Assembly (NCBI RefSeq): GCF_963921235.1
Contig: NC_086108.1
Coordinates: 91,638,001-91,702,000, forward strand
Reading direction: 5' to 3'
Length of the DNA: 64,000 nt
From: Mobula hypostoma
Taxonomy: Eukaryota
A model generated the notes under the pieces. It worked only from the letters and a program-made list of their open reading frames with translations. It was not told the DNA's origin and searched no databases. Below, one piece after another: positions 1 to 13,885 of this stretch (within the stretch, counting starts at the first letter, position 1; each line of letters begins with the position of its first letter). The position numbers and the translations under genes were made by a program.

Positions 1-1528
1 TCCTTTATGTTGCCGTCATATGCACTAAGAGAGCTATCATTCACATGACACAAATCTTAAAGTACTACTATCCCAATAATAAAAGTGACACTTGTGTTTC
101 TTTCTAATTCCCTCACATCCTTAATCAATTTTCTTCACCGTCTGTAGTATGTGTTATGCTTAATGCCTTGTGTGCAATGGGATTTTGCTGCTGGAGGGTC
201 TCCCTATCAGCACTGGTTTAATAATTTTTGGTAATGAAAGAGCTTGAAACTAAGTTATTCTCCGTATTCAACTCAATAGTCTTTTTGAAACTGATTCCAA
301 AGGTAAATAAATTGGTTATTTATTTCACTGCTATTTGGCAATAAATTGCAAAGTAACTGCCACATTTATCTGCAGGTCATATGTAAATACATTTCAGTAC
401 AATTTGGTGCATGTTTGTACTCTAGAATATCCAGGCATATGTGATAGCTTTGTTTAAAGTATTTATTTTACCATCATCAGCTGTGATGAAGCTTCATATC
501 ATTCCCATATAATGATGTTTTTCATTGATGGGAATATTGATTTGTTTAAATACTCAAATATTTCTAAATTAAAACAATATGAAAAGTTTATGCCTCAGTT
601 CAAACACTGCAAGAACATTTCAGTGAATGGATATCCCACACAGACAACATTTAAGAAGCTTAACACCATCCAAGACGAAGCACTACTTGATCAGTATGAT
701 ATCCTGGTCCTAAATATTCACTTGTCCATTAGGTCTTACTGATTACCATTTTCTTTGTTTTTTCCCCTTTACTTTTTATGAACTTATAAACCATTTTCCA
801 CTTCCATTGATTTTACTTGCCCATATTTTTACATGCATTTCTTTGCTTTCCTAATTTCTCCTTTAGTTTCAGACCTGCAAATCCTAAATTTTACAAGTAT
901 TCTACTGTGTTGATCTCAGGTTATCAGACATAAGCTTCCTTATTCTACACTCTAGTCATCCAAAGGAATCTAGGTTCCTTGAAGGGCCAGGAACACCGAA
1001 GAAATGTCACTTTCCCCAAACAGCAAGACTGATCAACACCTCCACCCACAAACCCACCCCTCCAAACCCCTACCACCACTACTTTATCATTTCCTGTCAG
1101 AGTCAACTTACATACAGACACTCCTGTGCCTAGCATCACTTTATGAACATAAAATCAACCTATGTATATGAACTATGTATTTGAATTTCTATCACCAAGT
1201 TTCTGCCTTCTATTCAAGTGTTAGTTTTCTCCCTTCTGAATCGATCCTCAGCTCCCCACCAGACTGCGAAGCTATTTTTACTAGCAGCACACACAACCTT
1301 TCCTGAGGGCACGGAGAATGCGTCTGTATAAGGCCAGGACCTATTTATCTTGTAAAGATCCAACCTTATCTAGAACTGGTCTCAATGTCCTGGGAAACTA
1401 AACCTCCCCTCCAACCCAACATTCAGGAATATTATTATATCTCTATATTCACAGGCTGCTGGCATTATATTGAATCTGGAATCACTACCTTGGAGACCAC
1501 ACTTTCATTTCATTCCTAACTCCTTAAA

Positions 1529-1940
1529 CTTCTCCGTGGATTGTCACCTTGTAGTGGTGGAGAAGCTTGTGTGGTCTTGAGATCCTGAGAGCGATGCCGT
1601 CTGGAGCTAAGCTCCTGGTAGGGTCACCCTTGGTGGTAAGGTCGAGGGTGAGGCCCCCAACAAAGAACAATCCAACCAAGCCCTCAACGGTGGAACAGGC
1701 GGATGAAGTTACTTTGAACTCAATGGCTGTGAAGGCGGATGAAGGCTGCAACAAATCCGTCGGCTCCAATCGTCGTGGTTTCCATGCCATTGGAATCAGT
1801 TGGTTGATTTGTGAAGTATTGTGTGCTTCTTGGAGTGCAGCATCAAGAACACGTTAAACAAATACACGCACAGGCATTTTTGCTCTATACAGAACGAAGA
1901 TCATCAACCTCGACCTCGAAGGATAGCCACGACGATGACG
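1529..1940 (+). mobile_element. Non-autonomous bipartite RTE-derived retroposon (RTE-type 5' head, (GAC/GAT)n tail)
   Basis: Perfect 11-bp TSD AACTCCTTAAA at 1518-1528 and 1941-1951. Head 'gtcaccttgtagtggtgg...ctcctggtagggtcacccttggtggtaaggtc' resembles the conserved RTE 5' UTR. Trinucleotide tail gacgatgacg. No RT coding. Confidence 0.75.
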
Positions 1941-2029
1941 AACTCCTTAAAATCTGCCTGCAAGATTCCAACTCCCTTCCTGATATTTTATTAGAATGGA
2001 TGCAACCAGAAGCTCTGCCCATTCACCAT

Positions 2030-2310
2030 TTTTTAAATTTACAGTGCAGAACAAGCCCTTCTGACCCAATGAGCTGTGTCAACAAGCAGCCCAACTATTT
2101 CACCTGAGCCTAATCACCGAACAATTTACAATGATCAGTTAACTTACTAACTGGTGCATTTTTGGAATGTGGCCGGAAACCAGAGCACCCAGAAGAAACC
2201 AACATGATCATGGGAGGAACATCGTTACAAATGGCACTGGAATTTAACTCTGAGCTCCGATGCCCCAGGCTGTATTAGTGTTGTGCTAACCACTACGCAA
2301 CAGTGGCATC
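2030..2310 (-). mobile_element. tRNA-derived SINE, degenerate
   Basis: Reverse strand starts gatgccactgttgcgtagtggttagcac (A-box like). Body similar to copies at 18290-18480, 35930-36260 and 59360-59660. Confidence 0.55.
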
Positions 2311-2844
2311 CCACTTTACCCATCTCCACGTTATAGAACATTCTGTTGCTGCTCAACGATATCCGTGGTTCTGGTATGATGCCCACATTTGTTACGGAAC
2401 CCCCTTTTTATAGTAAATTGCTGATGCAAACTTTGTGATTGTCTCTTTTCAGCTTAATTCTCATTTGTCTATGCATCTTAATCCAATTAATCCTGTGTAA
2501 TCAGCTTTCATAGAAAGGTTGCTTTGATGAGGAAGACTGTTTTTCAGAACTTTGAAAAGTTCATAGTTCATAGTAATTCCACAGACAGACAGGAGAAAAT
2601 TGTGAACTATTGATTTTAAATAAAAACAAACAGTAAACACTGGGAATAATCATCAGGTCAAACTGCAAATATTGGAAGAGAACCAGAGTTAATATTTCAA
2701 GTAACAGAGCCTTCTTCATAACTCGGGAGTAGGCAAAAAAAAGCATGTAAAACTGAAGGGAGATGATTCCTTTCACCTGGGGTTAAACTGCAAACAAGAT
2801 TATCTGGCCAATGAGTGAATGGGAGCAGGTAGAAGATGAGAACT

Positions 2845-5800
2845 CTTTGACTCCTGTTGGTCAGCCAATCTTCTATCCATGCTAGTGTCTATCATGGGCT
2901 CTTATCTTGTTAGCAGCCTCATGCAGCAATTTGTCAAAGGCCTTCTGAAAATCCAAGTACACAACATCCTCCAGTTCCCTTTTGTCCATCCTACCTGATA
3001 TTTCTTCAAAGAATTCCAACAGATTTGCCAGGCAAGATTTTCCCTTAAGGAAGTCATGCTGACTTTAGCCTGTTTATTACGTGCATGGAAGTACCCCGAA
3101 ACCTTGTCCTAACAATCAACTCCAACATCTTTCCAACCACTGTGGTCAGACCTATAATTTTCTTTCTTCTTCCTCGCTCCCTTCCTAAAGAGTGGAGTGA
3201 CATTTGCAATCTTCCAGTCCTCTGGAACTATACAGAGTCTGTTGATTCTTGAAAGATTATTACTAGAACCTCCACAATCATTTCAGCCACCTCTTTCAGA
3301 ACCCTGGGGTATAGTCCACCTGGTCCAGGTGACTTATCTACCTTCAGACCCTTCAGTTGTCCAAGCACATTCTCCCTAGTAATAGCAACTGCACTCACCT
3401 CACTCCCCTGACACTCTTGAACTTCTAGCATATTGCTAATGTCTTCCACAGTGAAGACTGATTCAAAATACTTATTCAGGTTGTCCACCATTTCCTTGTC
3501 CCCTATTACTATCTCTCCAATATTATATTCCAGTGGTCCAATATTTACTCTTGCCCCTCTTTTACTCTTCATATATCTGAAAAATTAATTTGGTGTCCTC
3601 TCTGATATTATTGGCTAGATTATCTTCATATTTCATCATTTCTCTCCTTATGGCCTTTTAGTTGCCTTCTGTTGATTTTTAAAAGCTTCTCAATCCTTTA
3701 ACTTCTCACTAACTATTATAGGCTTTTATGTTGGCTTTAAATTCCCTTGTCAGGCACTTCTGCTTCATCTTGCCTTTAGAATACTTCCTCTTTTGGATGT
3801 ATCTATACTGCATCTTTCAACTTGCTCCCAGAAACTCCAACCATTGCTGCAGATGCCCCCTTCCAATCAACTTGGCCAGCAACTCTCTCATGCCTCTGTA
3901 ATTCCCCTTACTCCACCGTAATATTGATATATTTGACTTTAGCTTCTCCCTGAATTCTATTATGTTATGTCTCCTAAGGGTTCCTTTTCCTTAAGTTCCC
4001 AAATCAAATACAGTTCATTACACAACACCCAATCCAGAATATCTGATCTCCTAGTGGACTCAACCACAAGCTGCTCTAAAAACCTAGCTTGTAGGCATTC
4101 TAACAAATTCTCTCTCTTGGGATCCAAAATCAGCACCAACCCAATTTTTCCAATCTGCCTGCATACTGAAATCCCCCATGACTAACATGACATTGCCCTT
4201 CTGACATACATTTTATATTGACTGTTGCAATTTGCTGTCCACAACATGGCTACTGTCTGGAGGCTGCTATATAACTCCTCACAGTTCCTTAACTCTGCCC
4301 ACGGTGATTCTATATCTTCCATTCGTATGTCACCTCTTTCGAAGGATTTGATTTCATTTTTTATCATCAAAGTCACACTCCACCTGCCTAGCTGCTGTCC
4401 TTTGATACAATGTGTATGTATCCTTGAAAGTTAAACTCTCAACTATAATCTTCTTTCAGCCACAGCTCAGTGATGCCCACAACATCACAACTACCAATCT
4501 CTAACTGTGCTACAAGGTAATCTACCTCATACCGCATGCATTCAAATATAACATCTTCTGTCCTTTAGATAGATAGAATACAACACAGGAATAAGCTATT
4601 CAGCCCACAATGTTCTGCTGAACCAGCTAAAAAGCAAATCAAAAACACCTGAACACTAATCCGTCCTACCTACACCTCATTCCTATCCCTCTATCTTCCT
4701 TACATCCACGTGCCTATCCAAGCAATCCTTAATCTTAACGAAGGGTCTCGGCCTGAAACGTCGACTGCGCCTCTTCCTATAGATGCTGCTTGGCCTGCTG
4801 CGTTCACCAGCAACTTTGATGTATGTTGCTTGAATTTCCAGCATCTGCAGAATTCCTGTTGTTTGCAAGCAATCCTTAAAAGCCTCTAATGAATTTGTGT
4901 CTACAACCATACCAGATAGCATATTCCAGGCATCCACTACTCTCTGAGTATAAAAATTACCCCTCATATCCCTCTTGAACATTCCCCATCCCACTTTCAA
5001 TGCATGCCCCCTGATATTAGCTATTTCAGCCCTGGGAAACAGATACTGTGATGTCAGTCCCCTCTATCTATGCCTCTCATAATCTTGTAAATCTCTATCA
5101 TATCTCTCCTCTACCCCCGACAGTCCAAAGAAAGCAACCCAAGCTTATCCAGCCTCTTGTGATAGCACGTGCCCTCTTAACCTCTTCTGCACCCTCTCTA
5201 AAGCCTCAACATCGTTCCTCTGGTGGGACGCTCAGAACTGTATGCAATACTCCAGATTCATCACCCTTCTTCATTGTGTCCTCCTGGCTGGCACATTGCA
5301 ACATATCCGATTGACTGCAGTTTTACCCTATCATCTACCTGTCCTTCCTGATGGTCTCAGTATACACTGCCTTCTCAAGTGCCCCATCCTCAGCCCTACT
5401 GCTCAATTTTGCATCCTCACCCAAATTATTTTAAACCCTCCCGAACAGCACTCGCAAACCTGTCCACAACAATATCAATTCCTTTCAAATTCATTTTTTA
5501 CAGGTCATACTTTCCCCAGAAGAGATGCCAATGTTTCAGAAATCTGAAATCCTGCCTTCTGCATCAGTTCCTCAGCCACACCTCATCTGCCAAATCATCC
5601 TATCCTTACTCTCACTGGTGTGTGGCACAGGGAGCAAACCGGAAATTGATACCCTCAATGTCCTGGCTTTTCAGCTTTCTACCTAGCTCCCTAAATTCTC
5701 TCTTCAGGACTTCTGCCAGTTTCCTACCTATGTCACTGGTGCCAATATGCACCAAGACTTCTGGCTGCTAATTCTTCCCATTTAGAATGCTGTGGACTCC

Positions 5801-6330
5801 ATCTAAGATGTCCCTGACCCTGGTATCTGGGAAACAACATACCATCCGGATGTCTCTATCATGTCTAAATAATCTCATGTCTACTCCTCTCATTATGGAA
5901 TCCCCTGTCACTACTGTCCTCCTCTTCTCCCCACATCCCTCTGAGCCACAGTGCCAGACTCAGTGCCAGAGATCTGGTTGCTGCGACTCCTCCCAGTAGA
6001 TCTCTCCCCAACAGTATCCAAAACTATATACTTATTATTGAGGGGAATGGCCACAAGGTTACTTTGTACTCACTGCCCATTTCCTTTCCCTCTCCTGGCA
6101 GTCACCCAGGTATGTGCTTCCTGCAACTTATGGGTGACTATCTCCCTGTAGCTTCCTTCTATTAACTCCTCAGTTCCCCATATGAGCCAAATAATCTTCA
6201 AACTGCACCTCCAGTTCCTTAACACATTTCTCTGAGGAACTACAGCTTAGTGCACCTGTGCAGATATGGTTATCCGGGAGGTCTCCCAGAATTCCTACAT
6301 CTCATACAAAGAACACATCGTTTTCACTGC
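2845..6330 (-). mobile_element. Decayed CR1 LINE (ORF2 endonuclease to RT start, plus ORF1 region), interrupted by a younger CR1 3' fragment at about 4566-5260
   Basis: ORF 3228..3572 has LKVDKSPGPGGLYPRVLKE (CR1 ORF2 hallmark). ORF 4683..5000 has RGNFYTQRVVDAWNML (CR1 C-terminus). Homologous to 15690-17640. Confidence 0.8.
4733..4865 (+). mobile_element. Penelope-like (PLE) pLTR mini-insertion beginning at a degenerate hammerhead motif
   Basis: 14-bp TSD CAAGCAATCCTTAA at 4719-4732 and 4866-4879. Sequence nearly identical to 41123-41240 and similar to 63316-63446 (minus). Confidence 0.8.
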
Positions 6331-7683
6331 TCTAACTATGTACTAACGGGCAAGGAATGAAGAATGAAGAAGAAAACTACCAGATACTTAACTCGCCCAA
6401 ACATGTCTTTGCTGAAGCTTGATCTGCCAAAACCTCCCCACTCTGACACTGATCCACTCACACAATGGCTGCTCCACTTGTCCTTCTTTTCCTTTCCCTT
6501 GCTAATGAATTGGTATTTGATCGTGTTGCCTGAAAATGCCAGATGCCTGTGAACTCTCATTTTTAAATATCACTCACAGTCCTCTGAGTTGTCTTCTCTT
6601 GCTCCCAATTCAATTGGGCCACCAGAATAACTATGCTATGAGAACCATTACTTTAATTCCTGCCTAGTTCTTTCTCGCAGTTGTGATATCTCATGCTAAA
6701 GATTTGTTATTCATTGATAGCAAACAATTCTCAGCTAATAACCATGATTGCCACAATATATCAAGAATAATACAAGTTCCCTAACTATTTTTTATATATA
6801 TATGTGTGTATAGTTTCCAAAGAGGTACATGTACCCACACACCATATATTACACAACATAATTGCAGTGGCCCCTGTTTAGATATATAGCAGTTTCTACT
6901 CCATTATAAAACTGCTACTCTGAGCAGTCAAAAACCAAATGAACTTTAACAAACTTAAATAATTTAATTCTTTGTAAGAAATACAAGTCAACTGCAACTC
7001 AGAAAGTAAGAGGTATAAAATAGGAAAGCAAAGAGATGTAGAGACAAATCATTGAAAGAAGTATAAGATGATAAGCCAGCACAGCAAATAAAAATGCCAA
7101 CAAAGCACTTCATTCACATTTGTTTTATTTTGTGTGTATAGATGTAATGTGCAATACTCATTCCAAGCCTAAGTCCACTGATCTGTTTGCTTTGAAACTG
7201 TGCCAAATACAGATTTGTGCTGCAACATGCCAAGTGCAAGTAAAGCTATTTTGTGCTACCATTATATGTTTTTCTGGGACACTGACATTGCTAATGTGAC
7301 AGGGAAAAGATGGTAGGGTGAAGGAATCATACTTGAGATAGAACATTTAGACAAGGAAGAAAGAAGTATACTTAAGGTTTAGAAAGCTAACATCAGACAG
7401 AGATCTTGAGAGTTAGAAGGCAGACAGGGAGGAACTTAAGAAGAGAGTTAGGAGAACTCGAAGGGGATATGAGAAGGTCTTGATGAGTAGGATTTACAAA
7501 AACACCAAGGTGTTATAAACACACATGAAGAACAGGGGGATGACTAGAGTGAGGATTGGATCGGTCAGGGAGAAAAGGGATAAAATGTTTCTGGAGTGGA
7601 GGAGGTAGGGGATGTAATGAATGTTTGCTTCAATGTTCACTAGGACGCGGGACCTTGATCAATATAATGTCAGCTTAGAACAG

Positions 7684-9575
7684 TCAAGTCAAGTTTATTG
7701 TCTTTTAACTATATACATGTATGCCGTTAAATGAGACAATGTTTCTCTGGACTAGGGTGTAAAGCACCGTGGTACACATAAGACACACATAACACACAAT
7801 AACTCAGGAAAGTAAGGATAAAATCTAGAGATGAATTATGCATACATGAACAAAGTAAAGTGCATAAATTAAATATTGTAAGGTACAGAACAGATTAGCC
7901 GTTGACACTTCGATTGTGATGTTGCAGGGAGTTCTGAAGCCTAATGGCCTGAGGGAAGAAACTGTTTCCCATCCTGACCATGAATCGACATCTCCTGCCT
8001 GATGGTAGAAAGTCAAAGAGGATGCTGAGTGGATGGATGGGACCCTGTGTATGCAGCACTCCCGACTGATATGTATTCCTGATGGACGGTAGGGAGACCC
8101 TATGATCCTCTCAGTCTTTCCCACAGTCCTTTGTAGGGATTTCCAGTCTGATGCTTGGCTGCCCCCAAACCAGATGGAGAAGTAACTTTTCAGGATACTC
8201 TCAATGGTTCTCCTATAAAATTCATTTAAGATAGGGGAGGGAGGTGAGTTTTACATTCCTCAATCTCCTTAGGAACTGGGGGCACTGCTGTGCCTTCCAG
8301 TTCAGGGAGGTGATGTTGAGGGACCAGGAGAGGTCATCAATGAGGTGAACTCACTGGAGCTTGGTGCACTTAACTCTCTCTACAAAGAAGCCATGTTTTC
8401 GCATTGGGGAAATGGTTCATCTGCACCTTCCTAAAGTCCACAATGATTTTCTTGGTCTTCTCCAAGTTCTCTAACTTCTCACACCAGTCCACCAGCCATT
8501 CTACTTCCTCTTTGTACTCCGCCTCATCATTTTTGCTGATGAGGTCAACCACTGATGTGTCATCTGCAAACTTTATGACACGGTTTGAGCGGAATCCTGC
8601 AGTGTGAGCAGCAGCGGGCTGAGCACGCAGCCCTGGCGATTGTCAGCGCTTAACGTAATGGGGCTAGAGATGTTGTTGCCACATGGACTGACTGTGGCCT
8701 TTCTGTTAGGAAGTCCAGGATCCAGTTATAGAAGGAGATGCTGACACCCAGCGAGGACAGTTTCCCCATCAGTTTATGCCGTATGATGGTGTTAAATGCT
8801 GAACTGAAGTCTATAAACTGCAGCCTGGCATTTGAAATCCCATTTTCCAGGTGGGACAGGACAGAGAGGATGGCAGAGGCTATTGCATCGTTAATGGATC
8901 GATTTGAACAATGAGTAAACTGTGGTCCAGTGTGGTTGGGAGTAAGGCTTTAATGTGCTCCATGACCAGCTGCTCAAAGCATTTCATCATGGTTGACGTT
9001 AATGCCAGTTAGCTGGCCTGAACAGTCCTTCAGATCCCATCCTGGTATATTATTGCGTCCCGCAGCTTTGTGTGGGTTGACATGGCTAGGGTCTTCCTCA
9101 CCTCAGCTTCAGCCAGACGGAATGTCTGCTCCTCTGGGGTGGGGGAGAGGCGTCTTCCTTGCCAGCATGTCTGCGCATCAAACCGGTCATAAAAGACACT
9201 CAATCACTGGGGAGTGAGGCACCCTGGTCACTGACCTACAGGGTAGACTTGAAGTCTGTAACCTTCTGAACTCACTGCAACATGCGCCCCTCTGAGGATG
9301 CTCCCATTTTGCCTCCTGATGGAGTGGGGGAGCACAGTTCCTGCTTCCTTGAGAGCTACCATGTCCCCTGATCTAAAGGCAGCATCATAATCCCTCAGAA
9401 GCGCAGTAAGCCATGGCTTCTGATTTGCCCTCACCTAGATATGTTTCATGGTGGTAACATCCTCAGTACACTTCTCTGTTAGCTGCTCACAGAATCCACA
9501 CATTCCTTAATGATTACGTGATTGCCATAGTTATCAGCCTTGCTGAACATTCTCCAGTCCATGTTTCCAAACACA
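7684..9575 (-). mobile_element. Rex1/Babar-type LINE, 5'-truncated and decayed
   Basis: (CTTGA)n-like tail with aataaa on the minus strand at about 7684-7700. RT-thumb motif in ORF 8370..8552 (LVDWC...KTKKIIVDFRK). AACAG repeated at both ends. Confidence 0.7.
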
Positions 9576-11359
9576 AACAGGCTAATGTACTGGAATATGT
9601 TGAGACTGAGAATGATACTTCTGAAAAACTTTGAGACAGATAAGTCCGATGGCCAAATGGGCTATCTCAGGTTACTATGGGAAGTGAGGGAAGAGATTGC
9701 AGGGGTGTTGAAAAAGATATTTGCATCCCTCCAGGCCACAGGAGTGGTACCAGCAGGTTGGAGGATGGCAAATATTATTTATGTGTTCAAAAAAGGTAAT
9801 AGGGATAATCTTGAAAATTACAGATCATAGGACCATAAAACATAGGAGTAGAATTAAGCCATTCGATCATGGCTGATTAATTTTCCCTCTCACCCCCGAC
9901 CGCCTGACTTCTCCCTGCAACTTACGATGCTCTTACTAATCAGGAACCTATCAGCCCAAGAACCTAGAGATCAGTGAGTCTTATATTAGTGGTGGGCAAA
10001 CTATTGGAGAGGATTGTTAGGGATATCAATTATGACCATTTGGAGAGCACAGCCTTATTAAGGATAATTAACCTGTCATTGCAAACGATAGGTTGTGCCC
10101 CGGAGCTAGACGGAGTACTTAGAGCAAATGACAAAATAAATTGATGGAAGTGGAGCAATGAATGGAATGTGGATTGATGTTAGTAAGGTGCTTGCCAAGG
10201 TTCTTCATAGTAGGCTTGTCCCTAAAATCATGAGGCACGGGATCTATAGAGACTTGGCTCTGTTGATTCAGCATTAGATTGCCCACAGAAGGCAAAGGAT
10301 GGTAGTAGATGGAGCATATCCTGCCTGGAGATACATGTAGGTTACTAGTGGTGTTCCATAGGGATTGGCTCTTTCTGAATCTGGCTATTAGTCATTTTTT
10401 AAAATAACTTGGCTGAGAAAGTGGAGGGGTGGGTTAGTAAGTTTGTAGATGGCACAAAGGTTGAAGGTGTTGTGGATAGCGTAGAGGTTGTCGGAAGTTA
10501 CAATGGGACATTAATAGGATGCAGAACTGGGTTGAGAAGTTGCAGATAGAGTTCAGTCTGGAGATATATGAAGTGATTCACTTTGGAAGGGCGAACATGA
10601 AGATGGAGTACAACGTCAATGGTAGTATTCTTAAGATTGTGGAGGAATATAGGGATCTTAGAGTCCAAGTCCAAAGATCCCTTGAAGTTGCCATGCAAAT
10701 TACTAGGGTGGTAAAGAAGGCATGTTGTGTACTGATCTTCATTAGTTGGGAGACTGAGGTTATGTTGCAGCTCTATAAAACTCTGATTACACCACACTTA
10801 GAGTACTGTCTTCTGTTCAGGTCATCTCATTTTAGGGTTAGGGTTAAGGTTGGGCAAGTAATGGGCGTGAAATATTCCCACAACCCATGGACTTAATTTC
10901 AAGAACCCTTCATCTCATGTCGTCAATATTTACTGCTGATTTATTTATTAGAGTAATTGTAAACTTAGTTAGCTCCATCATGGGTACTAGACTCTATAGT
11001 ATCCAGGACATCTTCAAGGAGCAATGCCTCAAAAAGGCTGCATCCATCACTAAGGACCCTCATCACCCAGGTCATGCCTTGCTCTCATTGCTACCATCAG
11101 GAAGGAGGTACAGGAGTGTGACGGCACCTACTCAATGATTCAGAAGCTGCTCTGCCATCCAACTTCTAAATGGACATTGAACCCATGGACACTACATCAC
11201 TACTTTTCTATTTCCACTTTGGCACTACTTATTTACAGATTGTGTCGTGTCCAGTTAGGTTAGTAGGCTTACAGTCAATTGTTTTCTCTTATTTTCACAC
11301 TCTCGGTAAATTTACTTGCATATATACTGTATGTACATATTGTAATTCATGGTTTGCTT

Positions 11360-12174
11360 TGTGACAAAATACCAAGTTATCAGAAGATTGAGGCCGATGA
11401 GAAAGACAATGGGGGAACATTCAGAAATGTTAATGAGAGACGAGAGATATTAACGAAAGGAGACACAGTTCTGAGTATTGTCAGACCGGTTGCTTTGAAC
11501 CTGAACTGTTTGAAGTTTGATGGACAGGCGATACCCCAGCAGGGGGATAAAAGGAACAGGTTTGCTAAGGCAAGATACCATGACACCACGAGATAACAAG
11601 ACCCGGGAAAAGCGGTGTGCCCCCACAAGTTAGAGGAAGTTTTGGAGGTCTGGTTGCAGGACCAACCATAGACGCACAGGGTGAGAAGGTACGATTGGCG
11701 GGAACCTGGTGTGTGTGTCCACCCTTGCCTGGGTGCCGGGTTCACCGCAGAAGAATGATCGTATCTGGAACGGAGGGGGTCACAGTCGGTGACCTCAGAA
11801 GACATTACAAAGGGCTCGCCCGAAAGCTAACTGCGAGGAACATCAAGGTCTGTTGAATCGAGAATTCGCATACTCATTCTCTCTCTCCCCAACGGCACAA
11901 CAGCGATTACTGCGAACTGAACTAAACTGAACTGAACTCTGAGTCACTTGAGACTGATCATTTACCCCTAGACTACGATAGAGCTTGATTGATCCTATTA
12001 TCCTAGTTCTGTGTACATGTGTGTTTTATCATTGCTAACCTGTTGCATTTATATCCTTACTATTAGAGTACTGTGTTACTTATTTCTTTAATAAAACTTA
12101 GTTCCAGTAATCCAGACTCCAACTAAGTGGTCCATTTCTGCTGGGTTGGCAACCCAGTTACGGGGTACGTAACA
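11360..12174 (+). mobile_element. Solo LTR (815 bp), Gypsy or ERV type
   Basis: TGTGAC...GTAACA termini. 4-bp TSD GCTT at 11356-11359 and 12175-12178. AATAAA near 12090. Removing it restores a Rex1-type 3' UTR. Confidence 0.8.
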
Positions 12175-13885
12175 GCTTTTCTATTATTATGTATTGAATT
12201 GTACTGCTACCACAAAGTCAACAAATTTCACGACATACGCTGGTGATATTAAACCTGGTTCTAATCATTATTATTTCTTTTTGTATTTGCAGTTTGTTGC
12301 CTTTTGCACGCTGGTTGTACGCCCAGTTGGTTCAGTCTTTCATTGATTCTATTAGGGTTATTGAATTTATTGAGTATGCCTGTAAGAAAATGAATCTCGG
12401 GTTGTATATGGTGACTTAGGTATACTGTATGTACTTTGATAACAAATTCACTTTGAACTATGATACTTGAATGGATGCGAAAGCTTTAGAGAGAAGTTTA
12501 CCCGGATGCTACCTAGATCAGAGAAAATGTCTTACGGGCACAGGTGGAGTGAGCTAGGGATTTTTGTTTTGGAACAACAGAGGATGAGATGCGACTTGAC
12601 AGAGACATATATGATTATGAGAGGCATAGAAAGCGTGGATAGCCAGTACCTTTATCCCAGGGCAGTAATGGCTAATACCAGAGAACATCCACTTAAGGTG
12701 AATGGAGGAAATTTTAGAGAAGATGTTAGAGGTAGATTTTTTTTTAATCGCATAGAGTGTAAAAAACATTCTTCCAGAAGGAGTGGTAGGGGCTGATTGA
12801 ATAGGTACATTTAAAATCCTCTTAGATAGGCACATGGATATAAGAAAAATGGAGCGTTATGGGCACTGTAGGAGGGAAATGCTAGATTGATCATGAAGTA
12901 TGCTTACATAGTTGAATATACAGTAGAACATAGAACAGTACACACTGTGTTGTTCTGTTCTATATTCTACTTGTTTAAAAATTGTCATACCAGCTTTTCC
13001 AACCATATTGTCCAATTTTTTGTCCAGCATTGATCAAATATGATTATTGAGACTAAGCATTGAATGTAAGAGAGTTAACTGACTGTGTAGTGTCCAGTTA
13101 GGTAGTAGCCTTGCAATCAATTGCCTTAGTTTTCTCCTATTTTCACCCACTTTTTCTTGCATTTTGATGCAATATGACAATTTCTGTTTTAACTGCCCAT
13201 AGTAAAAGTTAAACTTCTTTCTGGATAAAGCTCCCTCATCCTGAATATCAGAAACATTGTGCAAAAACAGTCCCAGATATCGAAAGCAGGGAAGGTATTG
13301 AAGGAGATCCCTTCACCTGATTGGACTGTAAGATACAAACGATAATTCAAGACACCCCAGTCTGCTGCAAGTAGTTAAAAAATTGACAACAGCTGAATGA
13401 CCAATTTGATGAAGTTCTGGCAATAATACCTCGAATTTGGATGTGGAAACAAAAATGTGAGAACTGTTAATTAGGAATTATTTACTTGTCAAGTGATTGC
13501 GACAAAATTCATTAGGGAGTGATTGTATAAGTAAATTAATCTTGTTGCCACCACATTAAGCTTCATCTTAACTTTTGCTCTTCCTAAATCAATAATATTA
13601 TGCTGCCCTTATCTATGCTTTATGACACATTTTTCGAAGCAGGTTTACATAAAGAACAGACAATATCCATGCTTTTTCTAAGAAAGTTTCAAAAATGAAA
13701 TTAATTATACCATTTATAACACGACCATTTATGTATCTCATATATTAATTATAATGCACAAGTCATCTCTTAAGACAATAGGAACTTGAATTCAAAGCAT
13801 GTTTTGATTTACAAATATAGTGATTTCATGTTAATTGTGAAGTTGGCTGAAATCATCTATTTCTGGTCATCTTACATTTTACTTT

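Larger units (their letters stand above)
7290..12900 (+). mobile_element. Fragmented CR1 LINE (pieces about 7290-7683, 9576-10833, 12467-12900) split by later insertions
   Basis: ORFs 9540..9830 (TGVVPAGWRMANIIYVFKKGNRDNLENYR), 10519..10896 (LYKTLITPHLEYC) and 12467..12796 are successive CR1 ORF2 segments in colinear order. Confidence 0.75.

Noticed and set aside
11279..11856. ORFs of 79-141 aa as a possible env or accessory gene
   Set aside because: They lie in or overlap a solo LTR, on both strands, with no TM or fusion motifs.
13034..13330. Possible minus-strand exon after tttgtatcttacag
   Set aside because: All frames hit stops or give unrecognisable peptide, and there is no convincing donor.
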